This document shows, piece by piece, positions 37,329-49,402 of a DNA stretch of 64,000 bases. Source of the DNA: Octopus bimaculoides (Eukaryota); contig NC_068986.1 in the NCBI RefSeq assembly GCF_001194135.2, positions 42,540,992-42,604,991 of the forward strand. Direction: 5' to 3'. Position 1 is the stretch's first letter, and each line of letters opens with the position of its first letter. The translations under genes and the position numbers were made by a program. The notes beneath the pieces are model-generated. The model did no database searches, had not been told where the DNA came from, and saw only the letters and a list, made by a program, of their open reading frames with translations.

Positions 37329-37336
<8 letters not shown>
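34917..37336. mobile_element. Element with about 220-bp inverted terminal repeats next to (TA)n, carrying a nested RTE
   Basis: 34917-35135 matches the reverse complement of 37117-37336 at roughly 90 percent by eye. Confidence 0.8.
35177..36292 (+). mobile_element. 5'-truncated young RTE LINE (RT C-terminal part plus Cys/His finger; gap inside)
   Basis: ADDLALIAESLSELEEKFQVWKQGLELKGLRVNPAKTK...CSVCRKGVGSNSIRCTRCKLWTHKRCS...FVCGKC; ends in (GAT)n; possible TSD ATGTG at 35172 and 36293. Confidence 0.92.
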
Positions 37337-37373
<37 letters not shown>

Positions 37374-37592
37374 TACTCTCCATCTCTGACCTGTGTGTGT
37401 TTCTAATACATTTCAACCATTCAGCTGTGGTCATGCTGAAAGACCACTGTGACTTTGTATCTTTTTCATAGCCCTCTTATGTAGTTGATTTCTGCATGGT
37501 AGGATTTCATATAACCACTTTGCATGTGCTTGTTTCTTGGATTATATTTGGCGTTAGGAGTTTGATACTACAGCCCTTGTCTGTACTTTATG

Positions 37593-38125
37593 TCAAGATT
37601 TTGGTTCATCTGGTGTCATGTATATCAGAATATCCAATTTTTTTTTGTTTTTGAAGACTTCCATATCCACTTTGTATAGGTTTCTTAACTCTTTTGGCTG
37701 AGTATTGTAGAGCTGTAGCTTTTTGAACCCCAAGCTATTGCAGTACCGGGTCTTGTATTTAGATGGAGTGAACAGTACCTTTGATTTTTTTGCACTGGCA
37801 TCCAGTACCAGCATTTGTATAACACTTGATGCTGAAGTTAAATACTAACCCTTCTAGAATTTTCCACCTGTAAATTATTACATCTCTCACATCTTCATTT
37901 TAGGAAGTTAAGTCATAGTTTTTCAGTCTCTCCCAGTAGTTCATCTGCTGTACTGTGGCAATCTTTTTAGCTTCAAACTCCACTGTTTGTTTGACACTAT
38001 ATGGTGACCACAGCTAAGAGCAAATAGTACGGGTCGCTGAGAAAAAAGGTCTTCCACAGGATGAACCATGAGTTCTTGGGTCTATTGTCTTGAAAGACTT
38101 GAGTATTCATCCTGCCAATTGTCTA
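37593..38125 (-). mobile_element. CR1/L2-group LINE ORF2 C-terminal relic
   Basis: LWSPYSVK, MNYWERLK, IIYRWKILEGLV, TRYCNSLGFK, PDEP. Confidence 0.82.
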
Positions 38126-38386
38126 CCAATTGTCTACACTTTGTCGCCATCAAAGTTACTGCAGTCCCAGAGTCACAGACAATGAAAGACTTGGAGATCA
38201 ATGTGTAATGATGCATCATTTCATATATGCATCATTACATATACTACTTTCCAAGTCTTTCATTGTTTGTGACTCTGGGATTGCAATACCTTTGTGTCTT
38301 GTGTGTGCAGGCTGTAGTACATTTATGAGCTGATATTACGATGCTTGAAATTTCACAGCATTTAACTGCATATGCTTTTGTTTTAG

Positions 38387-38428
38387 CCCACCTCTGTATT
38401 GCATATTATCAAGGCTTCTTTATTGCCT
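38387..38428 (+). CDS. Candidate 42-nt exon (HLCIAYYQGFFIA in the phase 1-1 frame)
   Basis: Acceptor atgcttttgttttag, donor CCT|gtaata; all three frames are open, so weakly discriminating. Confidence 0.3.
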
Positions 38429-38706
38429 GTAATAATTTTTTATCATCTGCATATCTGATAATAGGTGCAGGCTGGTTGTGTGGTTAGAAGTTTGCTTCCC
38501 AACCTCATGGTTCCAGGAATGACCCCAGGTTAGTTTCTTGGAGGACTCCACTTGGAATTTGTATTACCCTAGAGAGGGCACCATTAGCTGCAACTGCAGG
38601 ATTTCTATCTTTTAAGACGTTATCTAGCCACTCTACATGACTTGTAGATTTGATTTCCAATTTGCTTCATATGTGTGTGTGTATATATTTGTGTGTATAT
38701 ATGTTA

Positions 38707-38774
<68 letters not shown>

Positions 38775-38782
38775 TACATACA

Positions 38783-40042
38783 CAGTGCACTGAATAAATT
38801 GTCTAAATTACGCAAAAATGAAAATACCACTGTCATCTCATTTTAACATATATTTACCAAAATTACATGAAAATATCTTGAAATACTAAAGAGTAAATTT
38901 ATTCAATAAAATTGCCATTGGCTTCAACCTTGGCCTCCAGATGACTTCGGAATCTCCTGCAGCTCTTCTGGACAGTCTCCTTGTTTAAGTTGGTGAATGC
39001 TGTTACAATCCTTGTCTTCAGTTCATCATTGGTGTTACAAAGAGTTTTGTTGGTCTCTCACTCAACTGTGCCCCACACATAATAGTCAAGGGGTTTGCAG
39101 TCTGGGAAGTTAGGTGGTCGGATGTTAGGGGTTATGTGATCTCAGAAATTGTCTGACAGCCATGACTGAGTTCTGCTTGCGTGGCATGGTATAGAGTTCT
39201 GTTGCCAGACATAGGATCTTCCAGCAGCACTATCTCCTCCAGGTACTTGATGTAGGCCTCCGTGTTGAGTCTAAGGCCATGTAGAAAGATGAATGGAAGC
39301 ATAACATTGCTATCACTAGTGATCATTCCAAACACCATAATGTTGGCTTTTGATTTTTATCACTCTCAGTACATGTTTTGGGGACATAGCAAGCCAGCAG
39401 TTCTGTGTGTTCATCATCTGATCCTGGCAGAATTTTTTCTCATATGAGAAAAACCAAAGCATGTTCAGTTGGAGGGAATACTTGAGTTTGTTCAAAAGCT
39501 TCGTAGTGCAGTCCTTCCTCTTGTCTTTGATGGCTTGGGATAAAAATTGGCCATTTCTTATCTTGTATGACGAATACTGAATGTCTTCATGCACTACCTG
39601 CCTGATAAGAAACTCAGACACTCCCATGTCCCAGGCAATGGAACTGATTGACTTGGAAGGATTGTTGTCAATCATGGCCCAGATCTCACCAACAAATTCA
39701 GGAGTTCTTTTATCAGAATGATCAGAGTGAGTTTTCCGAGTTGCCATATCTTCGTAATCACTATTAGGCTCATCCAACTCTTTCTGAATCCTCTGCACTG
39801 TCCTCAGATTGACATCCAAACACCTTGAAATGTGCGTACTGTAGCTTCCAGCATGAATGCCATGCAGTACAACATGTTGTTTCCAAATTTCTGGCAGAGT
39901 GAATTACGTCATAGTGCCGTTTTTCTCTCAGATGGTGCCCAACTGACCCTACTATACTACTGTGTAGTCAAAAAAGTAAAAAACAATGTGCATACGTGAA
40001 ATTAAAAATATAAAATGGTGACAATTTACCCATTGCACCCTG
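38783..40042 (-). mobile_element. Near full-length decayed mariner-like (maT/DD37D-type) transposon
   Basis: ORFs 39316..39819 and 39132..39338 (WFFS[D/Y]EK, MVFGMITSDS), a PNSPDCNPLDYY-like motif, EANG end; degenerate TIRs cag(gg)tgca.tg..taaattgtc. Confidence 0.9.
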
Positions 40043-40457
40043 TGTATATATATATATAAATGTATGTATTTGTATGTGTGTGTGTGTTTATGTATGTACA
40101 TATACACGTATATATGTGTATGTATATATGTATGTGCACATACATGTATGATTGTGTGTGCATGTATATATATATATGTGTGTGTGTGTGTATATATATA
40201 TATATCATACAATATGATACAATGGCCTTCTACACAGTTTCTGTTTACTAAATTTACTCACAAGGCATTAATTGATTGGTTGGTCATTGGCCCGAAGCTA
40301 TAATGGAAAGCACTTAAACAAGGTGCTGCAGAATGGGTCTAAACCCAAAACTTTTTGGTTGCAAAGTGAGCTTCCTAATCACACAGCCTTACCTTCACTT
40401 GTGATATTTCTTTTTTTCCTTTATTATTACATACAATTTGCTGCCTTTTACTCTCAG

Positions 40458-40575
40458 TTCGCTATGAAGCTCCCACTATTCTGACTTGTGTGATTAATAT
40501 GATAACCCAGCTCATTTGTGGCTATCTCATTGATAGCTATTATTTGAACCAAGCTCCTAACCCTTTTCACTCTTG
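40458..40575 (+). CDS. Candidate exon (RYEAPTILTCVINMITQLICGYLIDSYYLNQAPNPFHS)
   Basis: Acceptor gccttttactctcag, donor TTG|gtaaaa; 118 nt with a single open frame, phase 1-2. Confidence 0.55.
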
Positions 40576-42982
40576 GTAAAAAAAAAAGCTTTTACGGGGA
40601 TGTGCTCTGTGCATATTGGAGTGTTTACTGGTATTTGTATCCAATTATTGTATCTTACTAAGGTTCTAGTTAATAATATTGAAGCTGCACGCTTCAGTTA
40701 GGGTGGAAATTGCATTGATAGTCTCTTTGTATTTAAAATCATTTCACAGAACTCACCAAATCCTCCGGCGAAATCATTTCCTAATAATTATCCTCTTCTG
40801 CTGCCTTTCTGCTTTATTGTTCACTGAGTGTGAATGTATTCTGCTTGTTATTTATTATGAAAGGTTTTGATTTTAAAGGTTGTTAGCAGGCATGTAATTA
40901 TTTATTAGCTGCCTGCCAGCCACTTTTAAAATTAAACCTACTGTTGTCGTCGTTGTCGTCATCATCATCATTGTTATCATCATCATAGTTACATGCAAGT
41001 TTCTACTGAGCCATCAGGTGTACCTTTGCGTTCTTGAAGTATTGCTTTTTGTTTTTCTTTTTTTTTTTGGTTTTTGTTTTTTTAATATGTGGGATGGTAT
41101 TTGTACATTACATCATTTAATTTAGTTCTATTGTGGTGGTTTGTTTTGCTGTTGTTTTTTGTTATTACTTCAGTGCTTAGAATATTTTCGTTTGTGACTT
41201 GCATTACAGAATTACAGAGGTGGCGATTGCACAGAGTTTGCATTTGTGTAAAATTGTGGCGATTGAGTGGACTCTGTGTTGTTGAGGTTGGTTTGTAACT
41301 TTGGGCAGGAATTGTATAAAGGTAGATACCAAGCAACAATTATGGGAATTGATTGAATAGATTACATGTTGTGCAAGGTGAGTGTCATTGTATAGCCACA
41401 GGTGATCCCTGATGAAGGAATGGGTTTCACCTGTGATGAGCCCATCTCTTTAGATGTACACTTAAGATTGCATTATTCAATGTGTCATTTTCTTATTTAA
41501 AACTGACTGTAGGTTGTGATTTGAGAGAGATTTAGTTGCTATTTCTAGCATTTCACGTGACCACATAGGGGTTTCCTTGTTATTTTATCGATTGGCATTC
41601 GGATATGTATATAAGCTGTGTTATAGTATAGGTAGCAACTATACTATTATCATTGTTGTCCAACCCCTACCAGCATGGAAAACAGACAAAATGATGAGGA
41701 TGATGATGATGAACTGCAATGTGTCTAACAGTATGCCCCATGATAGAGTTTTTATGTTATGTTTTTGATTATGTTGTTGTTTATTATATCCAGCAAAATG
41801 GTTATTATTAGTACTAGTTTAATAATTCTCATACCCTACTTCATATCTTAATTTCAAGATTCTTATACTCTATTATTTTGCTGCCTCATTTTTTGTGCCA
41901 TTTTCTGCAAATAAGAGAATCTTACCTCCACCCTCGTTCAGCATTCACTCCTACTCTCATTTCTAACCATCTCTTGCTCTCCCATCACACTCTTATGAAA
42001 CTATCCACCTGCTTTTCCTTCTCCTGATCCATTGTCCATATTGTCTCTTATGCTCATTTACTTGTACTTTAAGGGTAGCTCTGGCACCCCATCATTAAAA
42101 TCTTTATCTTTTTCCCAGCTACTCCCACCACAACTTTATATAAAGAAGGATAGCCATGTATGCCCTCAGTAACAAGACACCTATCCTTGTTCCTCTATTA
42201 TACTTTAGCTCTTCAATATCTGGCATAAAACCACTTCCTCTTTTGAAATACTCCTCCCTGCCACCAACTTTTTCGGTGGGGATTTTACTCTTTCTTTTCC
42301 TGTCTTACAACTTACTTGGTGGACCTCACAAGTGCCAGTAGTGCAAAAAAAAAAAAAAAAAGAAAGAAAGAAAGAAAGAAAACTGTCATACTCCAAGTTA
42401 ACATCCTAACCATTACTCTCTTAATAAGAATATAAGATTCTTATAAGAAAATTAAGTGAAAATTAACGATGAATTTTTTGCTTTTGTACTTCATGATTAT
42501 CTAATCCTACTTCTGTTGATTTTTATATTAAAATAAAGCAGAAAAAGCCCTCTTCATGAGCATTGAACAAGAACTGCTGTTCACCAGTCAAAAAAGAAAA
42601 AGAAAACATGCTACCAACTTTATGAATGGGTGGAAATAACAGGCTGATTGAGAGACTCTGGCATGATATGTGTCAGATTTTAATCAAAACTATATGAGAA
42701 GAAAGTCCACATCCAGAATTTTCAAATAACATATAATTTTCTATGAAAAAAAGATTTGACATGAAAATAACCAAGCAGATAGTGTGGTTTTGTGCAGTCA
42801 AACTGTACTTGTTTCCCTTCCATGACACTCTATAGTGATACCTACTCTTATACCAAGTTTGATTCATATGCCATTTCGTTACATGTCAAGTATTAGTATC
42901 TAGCCCAGTGAAATTTGCTGCTTAAGCAACCATTTTGCTGAAAAGACTGGCCAGCTAGAAATGATAGGGTTAGTTGTTTCTT

Positions 42983-43300
42983 TAGGAATAATACATTTCT
43001 AAATCTCTCAGAGAGATTTATGCAGTAGTGATACAATGAAGTAGTTGTATGCTGTCAACTTAATGTGACAGTCCCCTGAAGGGAATAATACTACAGTTGG
43101 TTAGACCTAGGAAGCTGCACCGCTTCCTGTCGGCGTTGACACATTTCCTGACACAGGAAGTGGTGCAGCTTTCTAGGTCTAACCAACAGTAGTATTATTC
43201 CCTTCAGGGCACTGTCACATTAAGTTGACCGCATACAACTACTTCATCGTATCACTACTGCATAAATCTCTCTGAGAGATTTAGAAATGTATTATTTCTA
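42983..43300. repeat. Long palindrome: 148-bp arms, 22-nt spacer, 7 mismatches
   Basis: Arms 42983-43130 and 43153-43300 aligned by hand; a third partial direct copy lies at 43480-43565. Confidence 0.97.
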
Positions 43301-43387
43301 AATTTGAAATCAGTGAATGTATTTCACTAGAATTATTATATGTTTGCAAGAGCTTGACGGACATCTTCGACTAGCAGGTCATGCTAC

Positions 43388-43430
43388 TCCAGACTGATGA
43401 CAAGCAAAGACTCAGAAACATGTTTCTGGA
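43388..43430 (+). ncRNA. Minimal type-I hammerhead ribozyme motif (Penelope-like), stem II degenerate
   Basis: TCCAGA-CTGATGA-N14-GAAA-CATG-TT-TCTGGA: perfect 6-bp stem I, conserved core boxes, palindromic stem III. Confidence 0.65.
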
Positions 43431-44361
43431 TGCAGGCTTGGTTGGGTGGAGGTGCTTGTCTCCCCCTTGTAAACATAAGGACACAGTGCAGCTTCCTAGG
43501 TCTAACCAACAGTAGTATTATTCCCTTCAGGGGACTCTCACATTAAGTTGACAGCAAACAACCACTAGTTGTTTCTTTGTACTTTTTGCTGAAAGCATTG
43601 TTCTTGAGCAACAGTGAAAATCAGTTTCTGTTTTTAGTTCAAAGCTTATTTTTTTCTCTTTTTTTTTTTCTTTCCTGAACTAACAAGTTTTGCAGGATAA
43701 TTCAAGATATTTTTCTTAAGTTTTCTTTTTCTCATATTTTGCTGCTCCATTTTGAATTGCCTTATATTTTTTAACTATCTCTGTTCTTTTATTATCACAA
43801 TCTTTTATTATCAAAATCTTTCTCTTCTAGTTTATACTTTGTTTCCTTATATATTAAGAACAAGTTATTTTTATTGTTCATTTTCACTGGTTACACTTAT
43901 CAGTGTTTTTTCCCTTTGCTTGATTCTTTTACTTTTTATTATTAAGGTTGGGACATAAGGCTGCTGAATTGGCACTACTTGTTCCAAATCTTTGTATCCC
44001 GAGTTCAAATTCTACTGGCGCTAACTTTTCTCTTTCTTCCTTTCAGAGTTCTTAAACTTTTAGCATTCAGATTACTTTGTCAAATGTAATGCTTATTTAT
44101 TCACATTGTTTTAAATTAATCATGCACTGCCTCATAGCTTCAAGATTTCAGTGATATTATTGTTCATTTTTAGAATGACATTGTAGATGGGATAGGCTAT
44201 ATCCGGTTGACTTGATCATAAAACAGTTAGAATATTTGAGCCATATATAGTGAAAGGACTAAAATAATGCATCAGTACTGGTGTTGATTTAATCAACTTA
44301 TTCTTTATCTAAATTTCAGGCCTTGGGTTTTTATCAGAAATAATTATTAAGGTGGAAGTCG

Positions 44362-45300
44362 TTGTCATCATCATCATCATTTAACATCTGCCTTCCATGC
44401 TGACATGAGTTGGACGGTTTGACAGGAGCTAGCCAGCAGAAGCCTGCACCATACTTCTGTGTCTGTTTTGGCATGTTTTTATGGCTGGATGCGCTTCTTA
44501 ACAGCAGCCACCCCCACAGAGTAGGCTGAGTGCTTTTTACGTGGTACCAGCACACGTGAGGTCAGTTTTGGCATGATTTTTACAGCTGGATGCCCTTCCA
44601 AATGCCAACCACTTTACAGTGTGGACTGAGTGCTTTTTATGTGGTACGAGCACTGGCAAGGTCACCAAGTAACTTTGCAAGACAAGGAATCTTTGAGAAG
44701 GGAGGAGGACATTGGAGGAGGTGATCTTGTGTCAGATGATGAAAGGTTAGAGTATGACAGAGAGACAGAGAGATAAATTGATGTTTTGCTATAGAGGAGG
44801 TACCTGGTTAGCCAGCCAGAGACAGAGAGAAAGAGAGAGAGGGGGAGAGAGACAGAACAGGAGAGAGAGAGGGGAGAGAGACAGAGAGTTAACAAGAAAG
44901 ATGGTAGGAACAGGTGTGCTGCATTAAAGGAGATATAGGGTTACTTAGCTGGAGGAAAGAAAAAGAGAGAGAGAGAGTGATCAAGAATGAGGGCAGAAAC
45001 GAGTGTGCTGCTGAAGAGGAGATACACGGTTACTCGGAGAGGGAGAGAGAGTTAGCAGGAAAGAGGACAGAAACAGGTGTGCTGCTGTAAAGGAGATACT
45101 GGGTTACCTAACCAGAGGCAAGAGCAAGCAGAGGAGGGAGAGAGAGTGATTGACAGGTGTACTGCTGTAGAGGACATAACATAGTTACCCAACCAGAGAG
45201 AAGAGCAAGAGAAAGAGAGAGTGGGAGTCAACAGGAGTACAAGAGAGAGCAGCAGGGAGATGGCAGCAAAGTGCCAGGGTATACTCACAAGTACGGAGAT
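44362..45300 (-). mobile_element. RTE-type 3' end with long GA-rich upstream segment
   Basis: (CAT)n followed by the reverse tail motif; GA-rich low-complexity sequence at 44700-45260. Confidence 0.7.
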
Positions 45301-45673
45301 GATTGAATATTTAAGATATTGAGCAAAATACCTTCTGGAAGTTCGTTAGATCTTTTTCACTTGACATGTAAATTCTGCTAAAGTGACTAAATTCTATATC
45401 CTTTTGGAATATGATAAAATAGTAGCAGTTATACATTGCTTTCAATTTAGTTAGCTGTACTCGTACCCAACAAAGTTATTTGTAGTTTTCATCATGTCTT
45501 CAGATAAGGAATTAACATTACTGTGGGAAAGGAAGAATATATTACTGCTACTGATGGTAATGATGATGGCATTGATGATGGTGGTGGTGATGATGATGAT
45601 GATGTTATTGTTGCTATTATTTATTTGGGGAGAATGCTAGAAATTGCAACATGATAGATCACACGTTTTATAA

Positions 45674-45868
45674 TATTCTTTCCTACACAAGGCCCGAAAT
45701 TTTTGGGGAAGGGGCCAGGCGATTAGATTGACCCCAGTATACAACTGGTACTTATCAACTCCGAAAGGATGAAAGGCAAAGTCGACCTTGGCAGAATTGG
45801 AACTCAGAACGAAATACCGCTAAGCAATTCGCCTGGCATGCTAATGTTTCTGCCAGCTTGCTGCCTTA
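45674..45868 (-). mobile_element. SINE family A
   Basis: Reverse complement of family consensus. Confidence 0.88.
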
Positions 45869-46116
45869 TTAAATGGTAAGTGAGGTAGTAATGATCCTTT
45901 TGCTGTAAGACATGAAATTTTAATTAGAATTACATTCTGAATGACAAGAAGTGAAGGGAAGCAACAATTTTAATTTATGAAAAATAATCAAATATGAAAT
46001 GCATTGAAGATAATGAATCTGATCTTTAGCAGAATAAGCATATCTAATATAAGTGAAACATGTCTGGAGTTGTCATCAAACTGTTGAACATCAAGCTCAT
46101 CCCTCCTTACATTCCA

Positions 46117-46580
46117 TCATCATCATCATCATCATTCACTTTCCATGCTGGCATGGGTTGGATGGTTTGACTGAGGACTGGCAAGCCAGTAGGCTACACC
46201 AGGCTCCAATCTGATCTGGCAGAGTTTCTACAGCTGGATGCCCTTCCTAATGTCAACTACTCCAAGAGTGTAGTGAATGCTTTTTACGTGCCACTGGCAC
46301 AGGAGCCAGTTAGCGGGCACTGGCATTGACCACGTTCAGATAGTGCTTTTTACATGCCACTGGCATGGGAGTTAGTCAGAGGCCACTGGCATCAACCATG
46401 TTCAGATGGGGCTTTTTATGTGCCACTAACATGGTAGCCAGTCAGGGGTCACAGGCATCGACCATGCTTGCATGGTGCTTTTTACATGCCACTGGTACAG
46501 GGAGCCAGTCATGTGGCACTAGCATCAACTCACGCTTGAATGGTGCTTATTACGTACCACCAGCATAGGTGTCAGTCAAG
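46117..46580 (-). mobile_element. RTE 3' end containing about 4.5 tandem 64-65-bp units (46277-46578)
   Basis: Unit gtgctttttac(g/a)tgccactggca..ggagccagt..ggcactggcat..accacgttc.gat. Confidence 0.88.
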
Positions 46581-46840
46581 TAATTTTAATTAGAATTTAG
46601 GGATTATCTCCCCTACCTTTCTTGATCAGAATAAGTAATTTAAATAATGATTGGTGTTCTTATCGTTAATGATGTAATTTCAAATCAATTAGATTTCTGG
46701 ACTTAAATAATGAAGTATGATAGCATGTACTTTATTAAGTTTCCATACTTCAAGCATCCCTCTGTTTTTCCCCTGGTCACCTCTCATTCCAAGCTAAAAT
46801 CCTTCCAGGGTTAACTTCATCTTTTTCGTCATTGGGCGTT

Positions 46841-46997
46841 GGAGTGGATGTGTGGTAAGTAGGTTTCTTACCAACCACATGGTTCCGGGTTCAGTCCCAC
46901 TGCGTGGCACCTTGGGCAAGTGTCTTCTACTATAGCTTCGGGCCAACCAAAGCCTTGTGAGTGAATTTGGTAGATGGAAACTGAAAGAAGCCCGTCG

Positions 46998-47045
<48 letters not shown>

Positions 47046-47049
47046 AATT

Positions 47050-47088
<39 letters not shown>

Positions 47089-47290
47089 TTGTGTGTCTGT
47101 GTTTGTCCCCCCAACATCACTTGACAACCGATGCTGGTGTGTTTACATCCCCGTAACTTAGCGGTTCGGCTAAAGAGACCGATAGAATAAGTACTAGACT
47201 TACAAAGAATAAGTCCTGGGATCAATTAGCTCGACTAAAAGGCGGTGCTTCAGCATGGCCACAGTCAAATGACTGAAACAAGTAAAAGAG
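46841..47290 (+). mobile_element. Full-length SINE family B
   Basis: Head, B-box-like GGTTCAGTCCC, internal (TA)n(TG)n, tail agtcaaatgactgaaacaagtaaaaga. Confidence 0.92.
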
Positions 47291-47461
47291 AGAGCAAAGA
47301 GTATTGAGAACAATGACATGCACCAATCTTGTATGGAGTTGATTCAAGCAGTTATACTCCTTTTCTACAATTATGTAACTGGTCTTATAAAACATTATTA
47401 TTTCAGTATTAATTTTGTTATCATTAAGCACCGCTCCATGTAACTTTCGTGTGTGCAATCT

Positions 47462-47882
47462 TTCACTTGTTTCAGTCATTAGACTGCAGTCATGCTGGGG
47501 CACTGCCTTGAAAAGAAGTTTAGTTGAATGAATCGATCCCATCACTTTTTTTTTTTCTTTTTCTTTTTAAAGGCTGGTACCTATTCTTTCGGTCTCTTAT
47601 GCCAAACTGCTAAGTCATGAGGACATAAACACACCAACACTGGTTGTTAAGCAGTGGTGTGGGACAAATACAAGCACAATGACACATGCACACACACATA
47701 TATGTATATATGCAACGGGCTTCTTTCAGTTTCCATCTACCGGACCCACTTGTAAGGTATCATGCAGTGGAGCACAAACTAACCAACTCTGCTTGTTAAG
47801 CAATGGGATCGGGGGACAAAGACAACAAACATACACTCCCCCCTCATATATATATATATATATATGTACATATATATATATA

Positions 47883-47913
<31 letters not shown>

Positions 47914-48248
47914 CGAGAGAGAGAGAGAGAGAGATACACATAGATATATGGAGACAGTGATGCTGATAAATAAGACTAGGCTTCATATATAAATATACAT
48001 ATATACATAAAGATATAGAGATATGTATAGATGCAATGAACTCATTTTATTCTTTTTTTTTGTTTCTTCTTACTTGTTTCAGTCACTTGACTGTGGCCAT
48101 GCTGGAGTACAGCCTTTAGGCGAGCAAATCGACCCCAGGACTTATTCTTTGTAAGCCTAGTACTTATTCTATTGGTCTTATTTGCTGAACCACTAAGTTA
48201 CGGGGACGTAACCACACCAGCATTGGTTGTCAAGTGATGTTGGGGGGA

Positions 48249-48283
<35 letters not shown>

Positions 48284-48658
48284 GCACACATGCACCTATA
48301 CATATATATGACGGGCTTCTTTCAGTTTCCATCTAGCAAATCCACTCACAANNNNNNNNNNNNNNNNNNNNNNNNNNNNNNNNNNNNNNNNNNNNNNNNN
48401 NNNNNNNNNNNNNNNNNNNNNNNNNNNNNNNNNNNNNNNNNNNNNNNNNNNNNNNNNNNNNNNNNNNNNNNNNNNNNNNNNNNNNNNNNNNNNNNNNNNN
48501 NNNNNNNNNNNNNNNNNNNNNNNNNNNNNNNNNNNNNNNNNNNNNNNNNNNNNNNNNNNNNNNNNNNNNNNNNNNNNNNNNNNNNNNNNNNNNNNNNNNN
48601 NNNNNNNNNNNNNNCAGAAGATAAACACATAAGTACTAGCTTATGGATAATACATACA

Positions 48659-48714
<56 letters not shown>

Positions 48715-48870
48715 AGCTCCTTTTCAGTATTGTCTACCAAATCTAGCTCACAATGCTTTCATTGGCCCAAGGCTATAGTAGAAGGTACTTACCCAAAGTG
48801 CCATTCACTGGGACTGAACTCGAAACCACACAATTGGAAAGCAAACATTTTACCACATAGTCACATCTGT
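47462..48870 (-). mobile_element. Two or three SINE family B copies or fragments with microsatellites and a gap
   Basis: Reverse family motifs at 47462-47760, 48065-48351 and 48715-48870. Confidence 0.8.
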
Positions 48871-48978
48871 GCCTACTTTATAACACAAATCTGCATGCTA
48901 ATTGGCTATTTCCTGAATGTTAGTATATAAATCTTGAGCTTTTGTTCATATATTTGTGTTTGCCTATTATTCTTGCAG

Positions 48979-49037
48979 TTGTTTCTGTTTCAAATCCTCA
49001 CAATGTGGACATTTCTATATCCACATTTTTATATTTG
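48979..49037 (+). CDS. Candidate exon (VSVSNPHNVDISISTFLYL in the phase 1-0 frame)
   Basis: Acceptor cctattattcttgcag, donor TTG|gttagt; all frames open. Confidence 0.4.
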
Positions 49038-49402
49038 GTTAGTTTCTTGATTTCAAATATATCTAATATTTTTTGTATTGTCCTCTTTCTTTGGATTTGA
49101 TTCATCATTTAGACAATAATGTCAGATATTTGCCTTAAACTCTCTCTCTTTCTTTCTCGCTCACTTACTCTGTTTGAATCAGTATTATTTCTTTGATAAT
49201 GCTGAAATTGTTTGCACTGCATGACTCTTTATTTAAATAATGTTATGTCTGTTGAGATAGCCAGAACTAATGTAACTGATTGTTTCTTTCTTCATAATCT
49301 CCACGCACTCTGTGGTTATAGGCCAAATCTACTTGTAAGTGGTTTTGTATAACAATGCTGAGAACACCTTAATTCATATCCGATAATTTGTAATATACAT
49401 AC

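Noticed and set aside
45504-45556. Candidate exon DKELTLLWERKNILLLLM
   Set aside because: The donor merges into a (GAT/GGT)n repeat, and including it forces downstream in-frame stops in the exon chain.
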